Source of the DNA: an uncultured Chlamydiae bacterium
GTDB lineage: Bacteria > Chlamydiota > Chlamydiia > Chlamydiales > JAJFMB01
Length of the DNA stretch: 64,000 nt
Direction of reading: 5' to 3'
Assembly (NCBI GenBank): GCA_963697995.1
Contig: OY969110.1
Span: 158,876-222,875, forward strand
Part shown: positions 40,593 through 49,396 of the stretch, piece by piece
How the letters are laid out: each line of letters begins with the position of its first letter
How positions within the stretch are numbered: the stretch's first letter is position 1
Notes under the pieces: generated by a model
Told to the model about the DNA's origin: nothing
Databases searched by the model: none
What the model saw: the letters and a program-made list of their open reading frames with translations, nothing else
Program-made: the position numbers and the translations under genes

Positions 40593-42284
40593 TCAGTTTG
40601 TTAAGGAGCTCAAGATTGCCGAAGCCGCCACTAGACGTAACGTTTGATGCGGCTCAAAAAGAGATTTGACTAAAAACGGCACCGCGTCCATCATCCCCAG
40701 TTGACCTGTTGCTTGCAAAATCCGTTTTTTAGTCGGGCCATTTGCTCCCTCGTAAGCCTTCTCTAAAAGAGGAAGAATTTTCGCCTCCTTACCCCAAAAA
40801 GCTAAAATAAGCGCACTCTCTAGACGCACATCGGGATCCTCATCGGTCAGCAAACCCTCTATCACCTCTTGGGCTGCTTCGTCCCCTTCAGTTAAAAAAA
40901 GAGCCGAAACCTCCGCAGTAAAAGCCCCTTTTTTCTGTTTTAAGAAAACTCTTGCAGCTTTTAGAGCGCGATTAGGATCTAAAAGAGCTAAATCATTCAA
41001 TAACTCAAACCTCGTTCTCTGGTCTATTGTCTCTAAAGTTTCAAAAGAAGAGAGCAATTCCTTCGATGTTCCCTCGATAAACACTTCAAATGAGGCTTCT
41101 TCCTTTTTCATCAAAAGGGGCGTTTGTTGAGTCAAGGCCTCAAATAAAAAACTTCCCACCTCGTCTAAATTTTTCTGACTCCTCATCAGTCCAAGAGCTA
41201 AATTTAATTTGGGAAAAAAATCGGCTGTTTTGTTAAATGTTTCCAATAGGGCTAGCTCCCCTTTGACGCCGGTGGAGGCAAGAGCTGTAGCTGCTAAGCT
41301 CCTAATCTCTTTTTTAGGATGTGACACCCTTTCAACTAAGAGATTTAACCCCTCAGAATCTCCCATGACGGCAAGCGCCCAGGAAGCTATCACAGAAACT
41401 TTTAAGTCCTGATCTAAAAGAAGGGGCAAGACCTCATCTCTACCCACCTTTCTTATCCCAAGAGCGTGGGCGGCACCACACCTGACATCCACAAAAGGGT
41501 CTTTTAATAGGGGGAATAATAATTTAGGGTCGACCTCCCCGTCAAACCACTCGGCTAAGCGGCACGCCAAAAGACGAAATCCTAACCGATTACTAGAAAC
41601 TAAACTTTTAAGCTGTGTATCGGTTATTCCCTCCGTAAGGGTCACAAGGGCCTCAAGCGCGACAGCTCTTTCCTCCGCTGAGCGCTTGGGATCTGAAACT
41701 AAAGAGACCAATGCCTCTTTCGCAAAATGACACTTCATCTGGCCAAGAGAGCGAAGGGCCTCTAAATGAACTCTAAAGTCACTGTCTTCTAAAAAGGTCT
41801 TAAATACTTTTTCCTTTAGACACTGATCCTGTAATGTGCCGCTCAACTGGCACGCTAAGGCTCGAATAAGCGCGTGAGGATCTTTTAAAGCTTGACAGAT
41901 CATTTGAACCCCTTTTGCAAGGCGGCTTTGGTGAGCTGCTAAAAGGGCGTGAAAACGCACTTCAGGTGAACGGGATTCAATCCCCTCGCCAATCACCCCA
42001 AAGGCAACAGATTCCAAAAGATCCCTATCTTTGTAAGGCTCCTTAACTTGATGCAAGTACTCCTTAAACGTTTCAAGAAGGGGTTTTTCAAAAGACATCT
42101 TAGCTAAAAGGTTGAGCTTTAACTTAAGAAGTTCCTGATTTTCAGGGGTCTCTTTTAAGCTTTTTTCAACATCTTGAAGAGCCCCATTAAAATCGCGTAA
42201 AGTGATTTTGGCCTCTAGATGCCTTAAAGAAGACTGATCGGCAAAAAGAAAAGGGGCTAGAAAAAAAACAAGAAGAATTCTCAT
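40593..42284 (-). CDS. HEAT-repeat protein with an N-terminal signal peptide
   Basis: Repeated D(P)xVRxxAAxALG-type units, e.g. DVRCGAAHALG and DPDVRLESALILAFWG. Confidence 0.65.
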   Translation of the reverse strand: MRILLVFFLAPFLFADQSSLRHLEAKITLRDFNGALQDVEKSLKETPENQELLKLKLNLLAKMSFEKPLLETFKEYLHQVKEPYKDRDLLESVAFGVIGEGIESRSPEVRFHALLAAHQSRLAKGVQMICQALKDPHALIRALACQLSGTLQDQCLKEKVFKTFLEDSDFRVHLEALRSLGQMKCHFAKEALVSLVSDPKRSAEERAVALEALVTLTEGITDTQLKSLVSSNRLGFRLLACRLAEWFDGEVDPKLLFPLLKDPFVDVRCGAAHALGIRKVGRDEVLPLLLDQDLKVSVIASWALAVMGDSEGLNLLVERVSHPKKEIRSLAATALASTGVKGELALLETFNKTADFFPKLNLALGLMRSQKNLDEVGSFLFEALTQQTPLLMKKEEASFEVFIEGTSKELLSSFETLETIDQRTRFELLNDLALLDPNRALKAARVFLKQKKGAFTAEVSALFLTEGDEAAQEVIEGLLTDEDPDVRLESALILAFWGKEAKILPLLEKAYEGANGPTKKRILQATGQLGMMDAVPFLVKSLFEPHQTLRLVAASAILSSLTN

Positions 42285-42631
42285 AACCCTCCAAGCTTTT
42301 TGCCTCCCATAAGATGAAAATGGAGATGAGGGACCTCCTGACCTGATAAGGGACCGTTATTGACCACCAAACGGTACCCGTTTTCAATCCCAAACCTCTT
42401 GGCCATTTGTTGAGCCACTTCCACCATCTCCCCCATCAAAAAAAGATCCCCCTTTTCAACGGATTGAAGATCGACGATCTCTTTTTTTGGAATAATGAGC
42501 AGATGAACAGGTGCCTTCGGATGAATATCCTTAAAGCACAAAATCCTCTCATTTTCGAAGAGAATATCAGCATGAATCTCTTTATCGATGATCTTTTTAA
42601 AAATTGAACTCACTCTGGCCTTCCTGAACAA
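42281..42631 (-). CDS. HIT-family (histidine triad) nucleotide hydrolase
   Basis: HLHFHLMGG triad and IHPKAPVHLLIIPKK. Confidence 0.88.
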   Translation of the reverse strand: MFRKARVSSIFKKIIDKEIHADILFENERILCFKDIHPKAPVHLLIIPKKEIVDLQSVEKGDLFLMGEMVEVAQQMAKRFGIENGYRLVVNNGPLSGQEVPHLHFHLMGGKKLGGL

Positions 42632-43496
42632 TCTTGTTTAATGCAAGTATTGCATCTTCTTTAGTTTTCCACACAGAAATAAAACGCCCTTTGTGACAAA
42701 AAATCGCGCCAGGTATTCCCGTTACTTTTTGAAGCTCCTCATCCAAAAGGCCCGCCCACTCCTTCGGCAAAGGGTGTCTTATCCCCATCCGATCGTCATA
42801 ACTTGGAGGGATCCCCCTTAATTTCCAGTGCTCTTTTGAAGGCATAATCAAAAATTTTGCAGGATGAGACTGCCCGCCTAAATCAAAAAATACATCCAAC
42901 CAGGGAATCGACTTGTCAAACTGCAAACAAAACTGATCTTTTTCCATCGCTTGGCGCACCACTTCTTTACTCGATTGAGCAAAATGGTACCTTTCAAGTT
43001 TTCTTTTCAAATGATCGATGGTAAACTCCAAAGCTGAAAAAAAGGCCCTGTTGCTCTCCTCTAAAGTCACTTCGTGATGGATCGGATTAAAATTTGAAAT
43101 CACATGAGAAAACGTGCAAAGACCCAAAATCCCCGCCTCTTTGCCGTTATCGTGAGCATCGACGCCTAAAATTAAACCGTGATTTAAAAAATGGTACTCA
43201 GCTTCTGTCAAAGAGCCAATGGCCTTTAGATAGGCAAGCACCATTCCAGCACTACTTAATGGACCTAAGTATTCAATCTGATGATGATCAAATCTCTTTT
43301 CTTGTGGGTTGTAAATTCCCCCCACATCGCAAACAAATTCACAAGTTTTAAGCAGATGAGGATCTCTTGTTCTCACAATTTTATTTAAATCGATTAATCC
43401 AAAGAGAAATAAAAGAGCACATGCCGTCACTTCATCTGCATGAAAGGTGCCATCGTGAGTTCCAAAAGAGCGTTTTAAAATAATATCTTCGTTCAT
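42597..43496 (-). CDS. MYG1/UPF0160-family metal-dependent hydrolase
   Basis: The N-terminal FGTHDGTFHADEVTACALL signature. Confidence 0.8.
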   Translation of the reverse strand: MNEDIILKRSFGTHDGTFHADEVTACALLFLFGLIDLNKIVRTRDPHLLKTCEFVCDVGGIYNPQEKRFDHHQIEYLGPLSSAGMVLAYLKAIGSLTEAEYHFLNHGLILGVDAHDNGKEAGILGLCTFSHVISNFNPIHHEVTLEESNRAFFSALEFTIDHLKRKLERYHFAQSSKEVVRQAMEKDQFCLQFDKSIPWLDVFFDLGGQSHPAKFLIMPSKEHWKLRGIPPSYDDRMGIRHPLPKEWAGLLDEELQKVTGIPGAIFCHKGRFISVWKTKEDAILALNKIVQEGQSEFNF

Positions 43497-43574
43497 AATT
43501 TCTTAAAGGAACATTCTCTCAAAAATGAGCAATTTTTTCAAGAAAAGCAAATTTCAGAAGAGGAGTAATTATTA

Positions 43575-43604
43575 TTGACCTTGTTCCTTGAAATTTTCTA
43601 TAAT
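43575..43604 (+). promoter_or_regulatory. Near-consensus sigma-70-type promoter (TTGACC-18 nt-TATAAT)
   Basis: -35 at 43575-80 and -10 at 43599-604. The first downstream ATG that is not inside the -10 is at 43612, about 8 nt after the -10. Confidence 0.4.
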
Positions 43605-43611
43605 GGTTCCC

Positions 43612-44259
43612 ATGAATGCCCATCAAAAACTCTATAGCTTTGCAACAACTCTATTTTCAGTTTTAGTCATTGTGACTAACTTGATCACCATTAAGCTTTT
43701 CACCTTTTTTGGAATCAGTCTACCGGCCGGATCCCTTACTTTTCCCCTCATTTTCCTCTTAACTGATTTAACAACCGAAGTTTTTGGAAAAGAAAAAGCA
43801 AGGCACATGATCTCTACCGGATTTGTCATGAGTTTGTTTAGCCACCTCATTTTTCAATTAGCTCTTGTGCTGCCATCTGATAATGAACCAACAAACATCT
43901 CGTTTCAACAAGTTTACTCTTTAAACGGTCCCATTCTTTTCGGCTCCCTCCTCGCTTTTGTAATATCCCAAAACATCGACATCTCTCTTTACCAATTTAT
44001 TAAGAATCGAACTGGGGATAGAGCTCTTTGGCTAAGAACTAATGGTTCGACCCTCGTTTCCCAAGTTATCGACACCCTCATCGTCAATGTTTGTCAATTT
44101 TCGATCGGATTGGGACTCCCTTTCTCAAAAGTTTTTCCGATCATCTTGTTTGATTACGGATTTAAGGCTCTATTTTCTTTAGTTTCAACCCCCCTTCTCT
44201 ATATTGCCCTTCACTTCGTCAAGATCTACCTCAATAAAGAAAAACCTATCCATGTCTAA
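43612..44259 (+). CDS. yhhQ: Queuosine-precursor transporter, YhhQ/DUF165 family
   Basis: Polytopic membrane protein with LVSQVIDTLIV and the FPLIFLLTDL..EVFG pattern. The ORF is open from 43588 (TTG) and 43603 (ATG). Confidence 0.7.
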   Translation: MNAHQKLYSFATTLFSVLVIVTNLITIKLFTFFGISLPAGSLTFPLIFLLTDLTTEVFGKEKARHMISTGFVMSLFSHLIFQLALVLPSDNEPTNISFQQVYSLNGPILFGSLLAFVISQNIDISLYQFIKNRTGDRALWLRTNGSTLVSQVIDTLIVNVCQFSIGLGLPFSKVFPIILFDYGFKALFSLVSTPLLYIALHFVKIYLNKEKPIHV

Positions 44260-44911
44260 ACGTTTTTTATTCCTATTGGCCCTCCCATTTCTTTTGAGCC
44301 CTTTAGACATCCCAGTCTCCTCTTTTTTTTTTAAAGGAGGGGCGTTTTCAAACCATCCGTTTTTCGTTTTTATCTACACATACGGAGAGTACCCGGCCCT
44401 TGGAATTGTTGGACTTTCAGCCCTTCTCATTCCACTAACGTACCTCTTTAACTCCCTAAAAAAATATCGGATCATTTTTTACTTCCTAGCCCTCAATCTT
44501 TTTTTGGGAGGCTACCTTGTAAACGAAAAACTTTTTAAAGAACACTTCGGCAGACCAAGGCCCAAACAAACGACCCTTTTTGGGGGAGAGGAGCCGTATC
44601 GCCCAATCTATAAACCAGACATCTCCTTTAAGGTGCGTCCTTTAAAATCGTTTGCCTGTGGGCACGCCACTGCCGGATTTTACTTTCTTGCCGTAGCAAA
44701 ATTAAAAAAAGAGAGGCGCTGGAGAAAATTTTGGACCATTTTTGCCCTGATAACAGGGGGCTTACTCGGTCTTGCAAGAATTGCTCAAGGAGGCCATTTT
44801 TTATCCGATGTTTTAACCTCGATTACCCTCATGTGGGGATCCGCAACTCTTCTCGAACACTTTCTTTTAAGGGGTGGTATTTTTGAAAGGACTTACTCAA
44901 AAACAACTTGA
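44252..44911 (+). CDS. PAP2-family phosphatase
   Basis: KEHFGRPRP, CGHAT and ARIAQGGHFLSDV, the three PAP2 motifs. The start is taken at MSKRFLF. Confidence 0.8.
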   Translation: MSKRFLFLLALPFLLSPLDIPVSSFFFKGGAFSNHPFFVFIYTYGEYPALGIVGLSALLIPLTYLFNSLKKYRIIFYFLALNLFLGGYLVNEKLFKEHFGRPRPKQTTLFGGEEPYRPIYKPDISFKVRPLKSFACGHATAGFYFLAVAKLKKERRWRKFWTIFALITGGLLGLARIAQGGHFLSDVLTSITLMWGSATLLEHFLLRGGIFERTYSKTT

Positions 44912-45491
44912 GGTCTTAAAATCGATTGAGCTCTATACAAAAGAGAACGGAATCTCTCCGACATTAAGAGAGCTTCAAGCCCTTCTTGGGTTAAGCTCCC
45001 CCGCCACTGTTCACACCCACCTCAAAATTCTCAAACAAAAAGGGTATTTGACCTTCGATCCCAAATCCCCCCGCTCCCTATCTCTTTTTACTCAAAAAGA
45101 AGAGGAAGAAAAAACCATTCCCCTCTTTGGCACCTTATGTCAAAAAAATGGGATCGAACCGTTTCGAAGCCCCCCAAAACTCTTCCTCTTTTCAAGCTTT
45201 ATCAAAAATATCGATCTCACTTATGCTCTGAGGGTTAAAGGCAATTGGCTAAAAGAAGAGCTCATACAAGAACACGACCTCCTTATTATTGAGGCCACAA
45301 ACAATTTAACCCCAAACGCCCTTATACTTGGCAAATGTCACTCCTCTCATGTGATCAAACGAGTCTTTCCGGAAGGGCGTTCGGTCAAATTATCCAGCCC
45401 GACTCATACTAATGAAGAGATCACCATACCACTCAACGAGTTAGAGGTTCTTGGAGTCGTCATTTCCCTTATCAGAAATTACGAAGAATAA
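44883..45491 (+). CDS. lexA: LexA-like repressor homologue with a degenerate S24 peptidase domain
   Basis: With the TTG start at 44883 the N-terminus reads MKGLTQKQLEVL...ISPTLRELQALLGLSSPATVHTHL, cf. E. coli LexA MKALTARQQEV. The C-domain aligns, but GMSM is GNWL and there is no Ala-Gly cleavage site. Confidence 0.7.
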   Translation: MKGLTQKQLEVLKSIELYTKENGISPTLRELQALLGLSSPATVHTHLKILKQKGYLTFDPKSPRSLSLFTQKEEEEKTIPLFGTLCQKNGIEPFRSPPKLFLFSSFIKNIDLTYALRVKGNWLKEELIQEHDLLIIEATNNLTPNALILGKCHSSHVIKRVFPEGRSVKLSSPTHTNEEITIPLNELEVLGVVISLIRNYEE

Positions 45492-45771
45492 TCTTCTTTA
45501 TCCAATGTTTAAAATCCTTAAAACTGCATTATATTCGTTTTGACGCTCTTGAAATTATTTTTTATCGAAAATAGTTTTGTTAATTATTCTTTACAAAGAA
45601 AAATTAACATATAACTCGTTGATTTTTAGGGGTCTTCGCGTTATTTTTTTTTCGTTTACCAGAATATTTCCCCTCCACTATCAAAAGGGTAAGGACGAGA
45701 AAAAAGAATGTGGACTTCGATCTCGCACCTTAATAAGTAAAACATAATAATTTTTTAAAGGGAGACTACAG

Positions 45772-46272
45772 ATGAAAAAGTTAGGCCTTTTCATGTTAGG
45801 ACTTTGTTTTAGTTTCGTTGGTGCTAATGCATTTGCTCAATGCGGAACTGGTAGCTGTGGAGCTCAAGCTCCAGTTGATAACAACTGCGGAATTCAACCA
45901 GGTGTTGAATACCAAGGAAGCGGAAACTGTATCTGCTACTGCCCAGTAACAAAATACAGCTGCCAATACTACTACACAAGCCGTTGTGAACAAGAACCTT
46001 ATGAAGTTACAAAACAATGTAACCGTAAAGTTCCACAATACTACACTGTAAAACGTTGCAGAATGGTTCCTGAATACTACGAAACAACACATTGCAGATA
46101 TGTTGACGAACCTTACTGTGTAACTGAAACAAGATACAAAAATAAAGTTTGCTACGACAAGCACGTTCGTTACATTCCTTGCACATACTACAAAAAAGTT
46201 TGCGCACCGAATCCAGTATGCGGACAAGCAGCTCCAGTAGCACCTGTTGCTCCTTCTTGCGGATGCAACTAG
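45772..46272 (+). CDS. Secreted cysteine- and tyrosine-rich protein, candidate envelope cysteine-rich protein
   Basis: GGGAG SD and a signal peptide (MKKLGLFMLGLCFSFVGANAFA). By my count 18 Cys in about 143 mature residues. Repeated C-x-VP(Q/E)YY-x-C units. Confidence 0.75.
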   Translation: MKKLGLFMLGLCFSFVGANAFAQCGTGSCGAQAPVDNNCGIQPGVEYQGSGNCICYCPVTKYSCQYYYTSRCEQEPYEVTKQCNRKVPQYYTVKRCRMVPEYYETTHCRYVDEPYCVTETRYKNKVCYDKHVRYIPCTYYKKVCAPNPVCGQAAPVAPVAPSCGCN

Positions 46273-46393
46273 TCTGTTTGACAAACTCCTTTAAAGAGGG
46301 GGAACGGGACCAGGTTTCTGGTCCCGTTCTTTTTTGTATGAAAAAGAATGGGACTTCCTGATAAGATTTCGAAAAAAGGAAAACAAGGCCTTC

Positions 46394-49339
46394 ATGACGA
46401 CACTAAAAAACGGCTCTCATTACAAAAACTTTCAAGTCACTAAGTCCATTAAGCTTCAAGAGCTTAATATCGAATTGATCGAACTTGTTCACCTAAAAAC
46501 ACACGCTAAAGTTCTCCACTTAAAAAACGATGATAGAGAAAATCTTTTTTGCATCTCTTTTCAAACAATCCCGATGGACTCTAAGGGAGTTGCGCACATC
46601 TTGGAGCACACGGTGCTTTGCGGCTCAGAAAAATACCCCGTAAGAGACCCTTTTTTCTCGATGAAAAGACGCAGCCTTAACACCTTCATGAACGCCATGA
46701 CAGGCTCTGATTTTACCTGTTATCCAGCCGCATCCCAAGTGAAAAAAGACTTTTATAATCTTCTTTCGGTCTACATCGATGCCGTTTTTTACCCAAAACT
46801 TGACCTCTTAAGCTTTTTACAAGAGGGACATCGACTCGAATTTCAAAATCCTAGCGATAAAAACTCCCCTCTTCTCTTCAAAGGGATCGTCTTTAACGAA
46901 ATGAAAGGGGCTCTTTCAAACCCTTACACAAGACTTTTGGAAGAAGTGAACAAACAACTCTTTCCCGATGTGACATATGGAATCAACTCAGGGGGAGATC
47001 CAAAAGAGATCCCGAAATTGACTCACCAGGAACTGATCGACTTCCATAAAACAAGCTACGCTCCAAGCCGCACCCTCTTCTACTTTTATGGGGATTTAGA
47101 AACCGAAGAGCACTTGGACTTTTTAGAGGAGAACCTCTTAAAAAATGTGAAACCCCTCCCTCCTCTTCCCCCCATCCAAAAACAAAAACGGTTTGAAAAA
47201 AGAAAAAGGACCCACATCACCTATCCAATCGGAGATGAGGAGAGTGAGACTGATAAAACCTTTGCAGCGGCAGCTTTTTTAACGGCCGACGTGCTTCAAC
47301 AAGAGGAGCTTTTAGCTCTTCAAGTGCTCGAAATCGCCCTATTAGACACCGACGCGTCACCTCTTAAGGCAGCCCTCTTAAAATCGGGTCTTTGCACACA
47401 AGTCAGTTCCTATCTTGAAACCGATGAGGGAGAAGCCCCCTTAGTTCTCCTCTTCCAAGGGTGTCAAGAAAACAGTGTTTCAAAAATAGAAGAGGTGCTC
47501 TTCAAAAGCTTAGAAAAGATTGCTCAAGAGGGACTATCAGATGAGCTCATCGAAAACGCGCTCCATCAGTTAGAGTTTCACCGCAGCGAAATCTCAGGGG
47601 GTTCAAGCCCGTTTGGCCTCTCCCTTTTCTTTCGCTCCTGCCTTTTAAAACAACACGGGGCTGAACCTGAAGATGGGCTTCTTATCCACACCCTCTTTAA
47701 CAACTTAAGGGGAAGAATTAAAGAAAACCCCACCCTTTTCACTTCCCTTATCGTCAAATATCTCATCACAAACCCCCATTTCGTGTTCACAACAATGACC
47801 CCAGATAAACACCTCTCCGAAAAAGAGGCTCAAGAGGAAAAAGAGGAGCTTAAAAAAATTCAAGAGCGCTTAAGTGAAGAAGAGGCTAAAAAAATTATAG
47901 AAAACAGCGAAAAGCTTCTTAAATCGCAAGATGAAGAAAACGAAGAGGATTTAAGCTCGCTACCGAGCATTTCCCTTAACGATGTGACGAAAAATGCGAG
48001 AGATTTTATTTTAAAACAAGAGACGGACCTCAACGGAACGATCTATCACCACAACTGCTTCACGAATCACATTGTGTATGCAACGGTCTGCTACGAGATG
48101 CCCCATTTGACAAAGGAAGACATTCCTTTAGCCCGCCTTGCCGAGATCTTGATTCCTCAAATGGGCACAAAGAGACAATCATACCAAGAGGTGTTAAACG
48201 AGATTCAGGCCCACACAGGGGGAATCCATGTTTCTTTTTCGTTAAATACGCAAGCAACAGATGCCAAAACGTGCGCCCCTTATCTCTACATCCAGGGAAA
48301 AGCTTTAAAGAGGAAAACAGGAAAGCTCTTTCATCTTTTAAAAATGTTGAGCGAAGAGATTCGTTTCGATGATTTAGACCGGCTGAAAGATGTTTTGCAA
48401 AAACATCACGTTGCATTAAACAACAGCTTAAATCAAAATGCGCTAGCGTATGCCATTTCCCAAAGTGGAAGGGGGCTATCATACCCTTTACACCTCTCAA
48501 ACGAGTTCTCGGGGCTTCCCTACCTAAACGCGATTAGAGGGTATGTTGAAGAAGCTGATCTTGCCTGCCTTGCAAAAGAGCTTCAAAAAGTTTATAACCG
48601 CTTATTCTCCTACCCCACCCCAACACTTCTGCTCTCTTGCGATGAAGAGCTTAAAGCTGAAATCGCCGAACACCACTATTTTAGACTATTTGAGAAAAAA
48701 AGCGCTTCCTTTACGCCGTTTGACCATTCGTTTGAACTCTCTCAAGCAGTAGCTGAAGAAGGAAGACTCATCTCTTCCCCCGTGGCATTTGCTGCTGAAG
48801 TGTTCCCAACAATCAGCTACACCCACCAGGATCAAGCGTATTTAAGCATCGCTTCAAACCTTTTTGACAACAATATCCTTCACAAAGAGATTCGGGAAAA
48901 GGGGGGAGCTTATGGGGCTGGTACTTCTTGCAATGCTCTTTCAGGAACGCTTCACTTTTTTAGCTACAGAGACCCCAACATTGCCTCAACTTTAAACTGC
49001 TTTCACGAGGCCATCCACGAGATCGCTTCGGGCCATTTTACCGAAGATGATCTTTTTGAGGCAAAACTTGAGACGATCCAAAATTTAGACACGCCGATAA
49101 ATCCGGGCGATAGAGCAAAAGTGGCCTACGACTGGCTTAAAAGAGGGCAAACGCTTCCTTTAAGGCAAGCGTTGCGAGATGCACTCCTGGCAGCTACTAA
49201 AAGAGATGTCGTAAAAGCAGTAACAGAACACCTCATCCCAAGACTTGGGAAAACAACCCCTGTTGTTTTTGCAAACCGCGCCCTTTTTGAACAAGAGATG
49301 GGCAAACTAAGAAAACCACTACCCCTCTATAACGTCTAA
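46394..49339 (+). CDS. M16C-family zinc metalloprotease, presequence-protease (PreP)-like
   Basis: HILEHTVLCGSEKYPVRDPF (HxxEH) and NAMTGSDFTCYP; about 980 aa. The start is taken at MTTLKNG. Confidence 0.88.
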   Translation: MTTLKNGSHYKNFQVTKSIKLQELNIELIELVHLKTHAKVLHLKNDDRENLFCISFQTIPMDSKGVAHILEHTVLCGSEKYPVRDPFFSMKRRSLNTFMNAMTGSDFTCYPAASQVKKDFYNLLSVYIDAVFYPKLDLLSFLQEGHRLEFQNPSDKNSPLLFKGIVFNEMKGALSNPYTRLLEEVNKQLFPDVTYGINSGGDPKEIPKLTHQELIDFHKTSYAPSRTLFYFYGDLETEEHLDFLEENLLKNVKPLPPLPPIQKQKRFEKRKRTHITYPIGDEESETDKTFAAAAFLTADVLQQEELLALQVLEIALLDTDASPLKAALLKSGLCTQVSSYLETDEGEAPLVLLFQGCQENSVSKIEEVLFKSLEKIAQEGLSDELIENALHQLEFHRSEISGGSSPFGLSLFFRSCLLKQHGAEPEDGLLIHTLFNNLRGRIKENPTLFTSLIVKYLITNPHFVFTTMTPDKHLSEKEAQEEKEELKKIQERLSEEEAKKIIENSEKLLKSQDEENEEDLSSLPSISLNDVTKNARDFILKQETDLNGTIYHHNCFTNHIVYATVCYEMPHLTKEDIPLARLAEILIPQMGTKRQSYQEVLNEIQAHTGGIHVSFSLNTQATDAKTCAPYLYIQGKALKRKTGKLFHLLKMLSEEIRFDDLDRLKDVLQKHHVALNNSLNQNALAYAISQSGRGLSYPLHLSNEFSGLPYLNAIRGYVEEADLACLAKELQKVYNRLFSYPTPTLLLSCDEELKAEIAEHHYFRLFEKKSASFTPFDHSFELSQAVAEEGRLISSPVAFAAEVFPTISYTHQDQAYLSIASNLFDNNILHKEIREKGGAYGAGTSCNALSGTLHFFSYRDPNIASTLNCFHEAIHEIASGHFTEDDLFEAKLETIQNLDTPINPGDRAKVAYDWLKRGQTLPLRQALRDALLAATKRDVVKAVTEHLIPRLGKTTPVVFANRALFEQEMGKLRKPLPLYNV

Positions 49340-49396
49340 ATTTAAGAGACTTAACCCCCTTCCAAGAAAAGAAGGGGGTTAAGTCTCTTTTAACGT

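Noticed and set aside
43497-43611. preQ1 riboswitch upstream of the yhhQ-like transporter
   Set aside because: I looked for the short P1 hairpin followed by an A-rich ACUA tail and did not find it. The region is instead occupied by a promoter-like TTGACC/TATAAT pair.
44700-44890. SOS-box (CTGT-N8-ACAG-type) operator upstream of the lexA-like gene
   Set aside because: No such palindrome is visible. The upstream sequence is the coding end of the PAP2 gene, and the operator of this divergent LexA is unknown in any case.
45796-46284. 162-aa ORF antisense to the cysteine-rich protein gene
   Set aside because: It has no SD or signal peptide and mirrors the codon periodicity of the + strand gene. 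The + strand ORF has a GGGAG SD and a canonical signal peptide.
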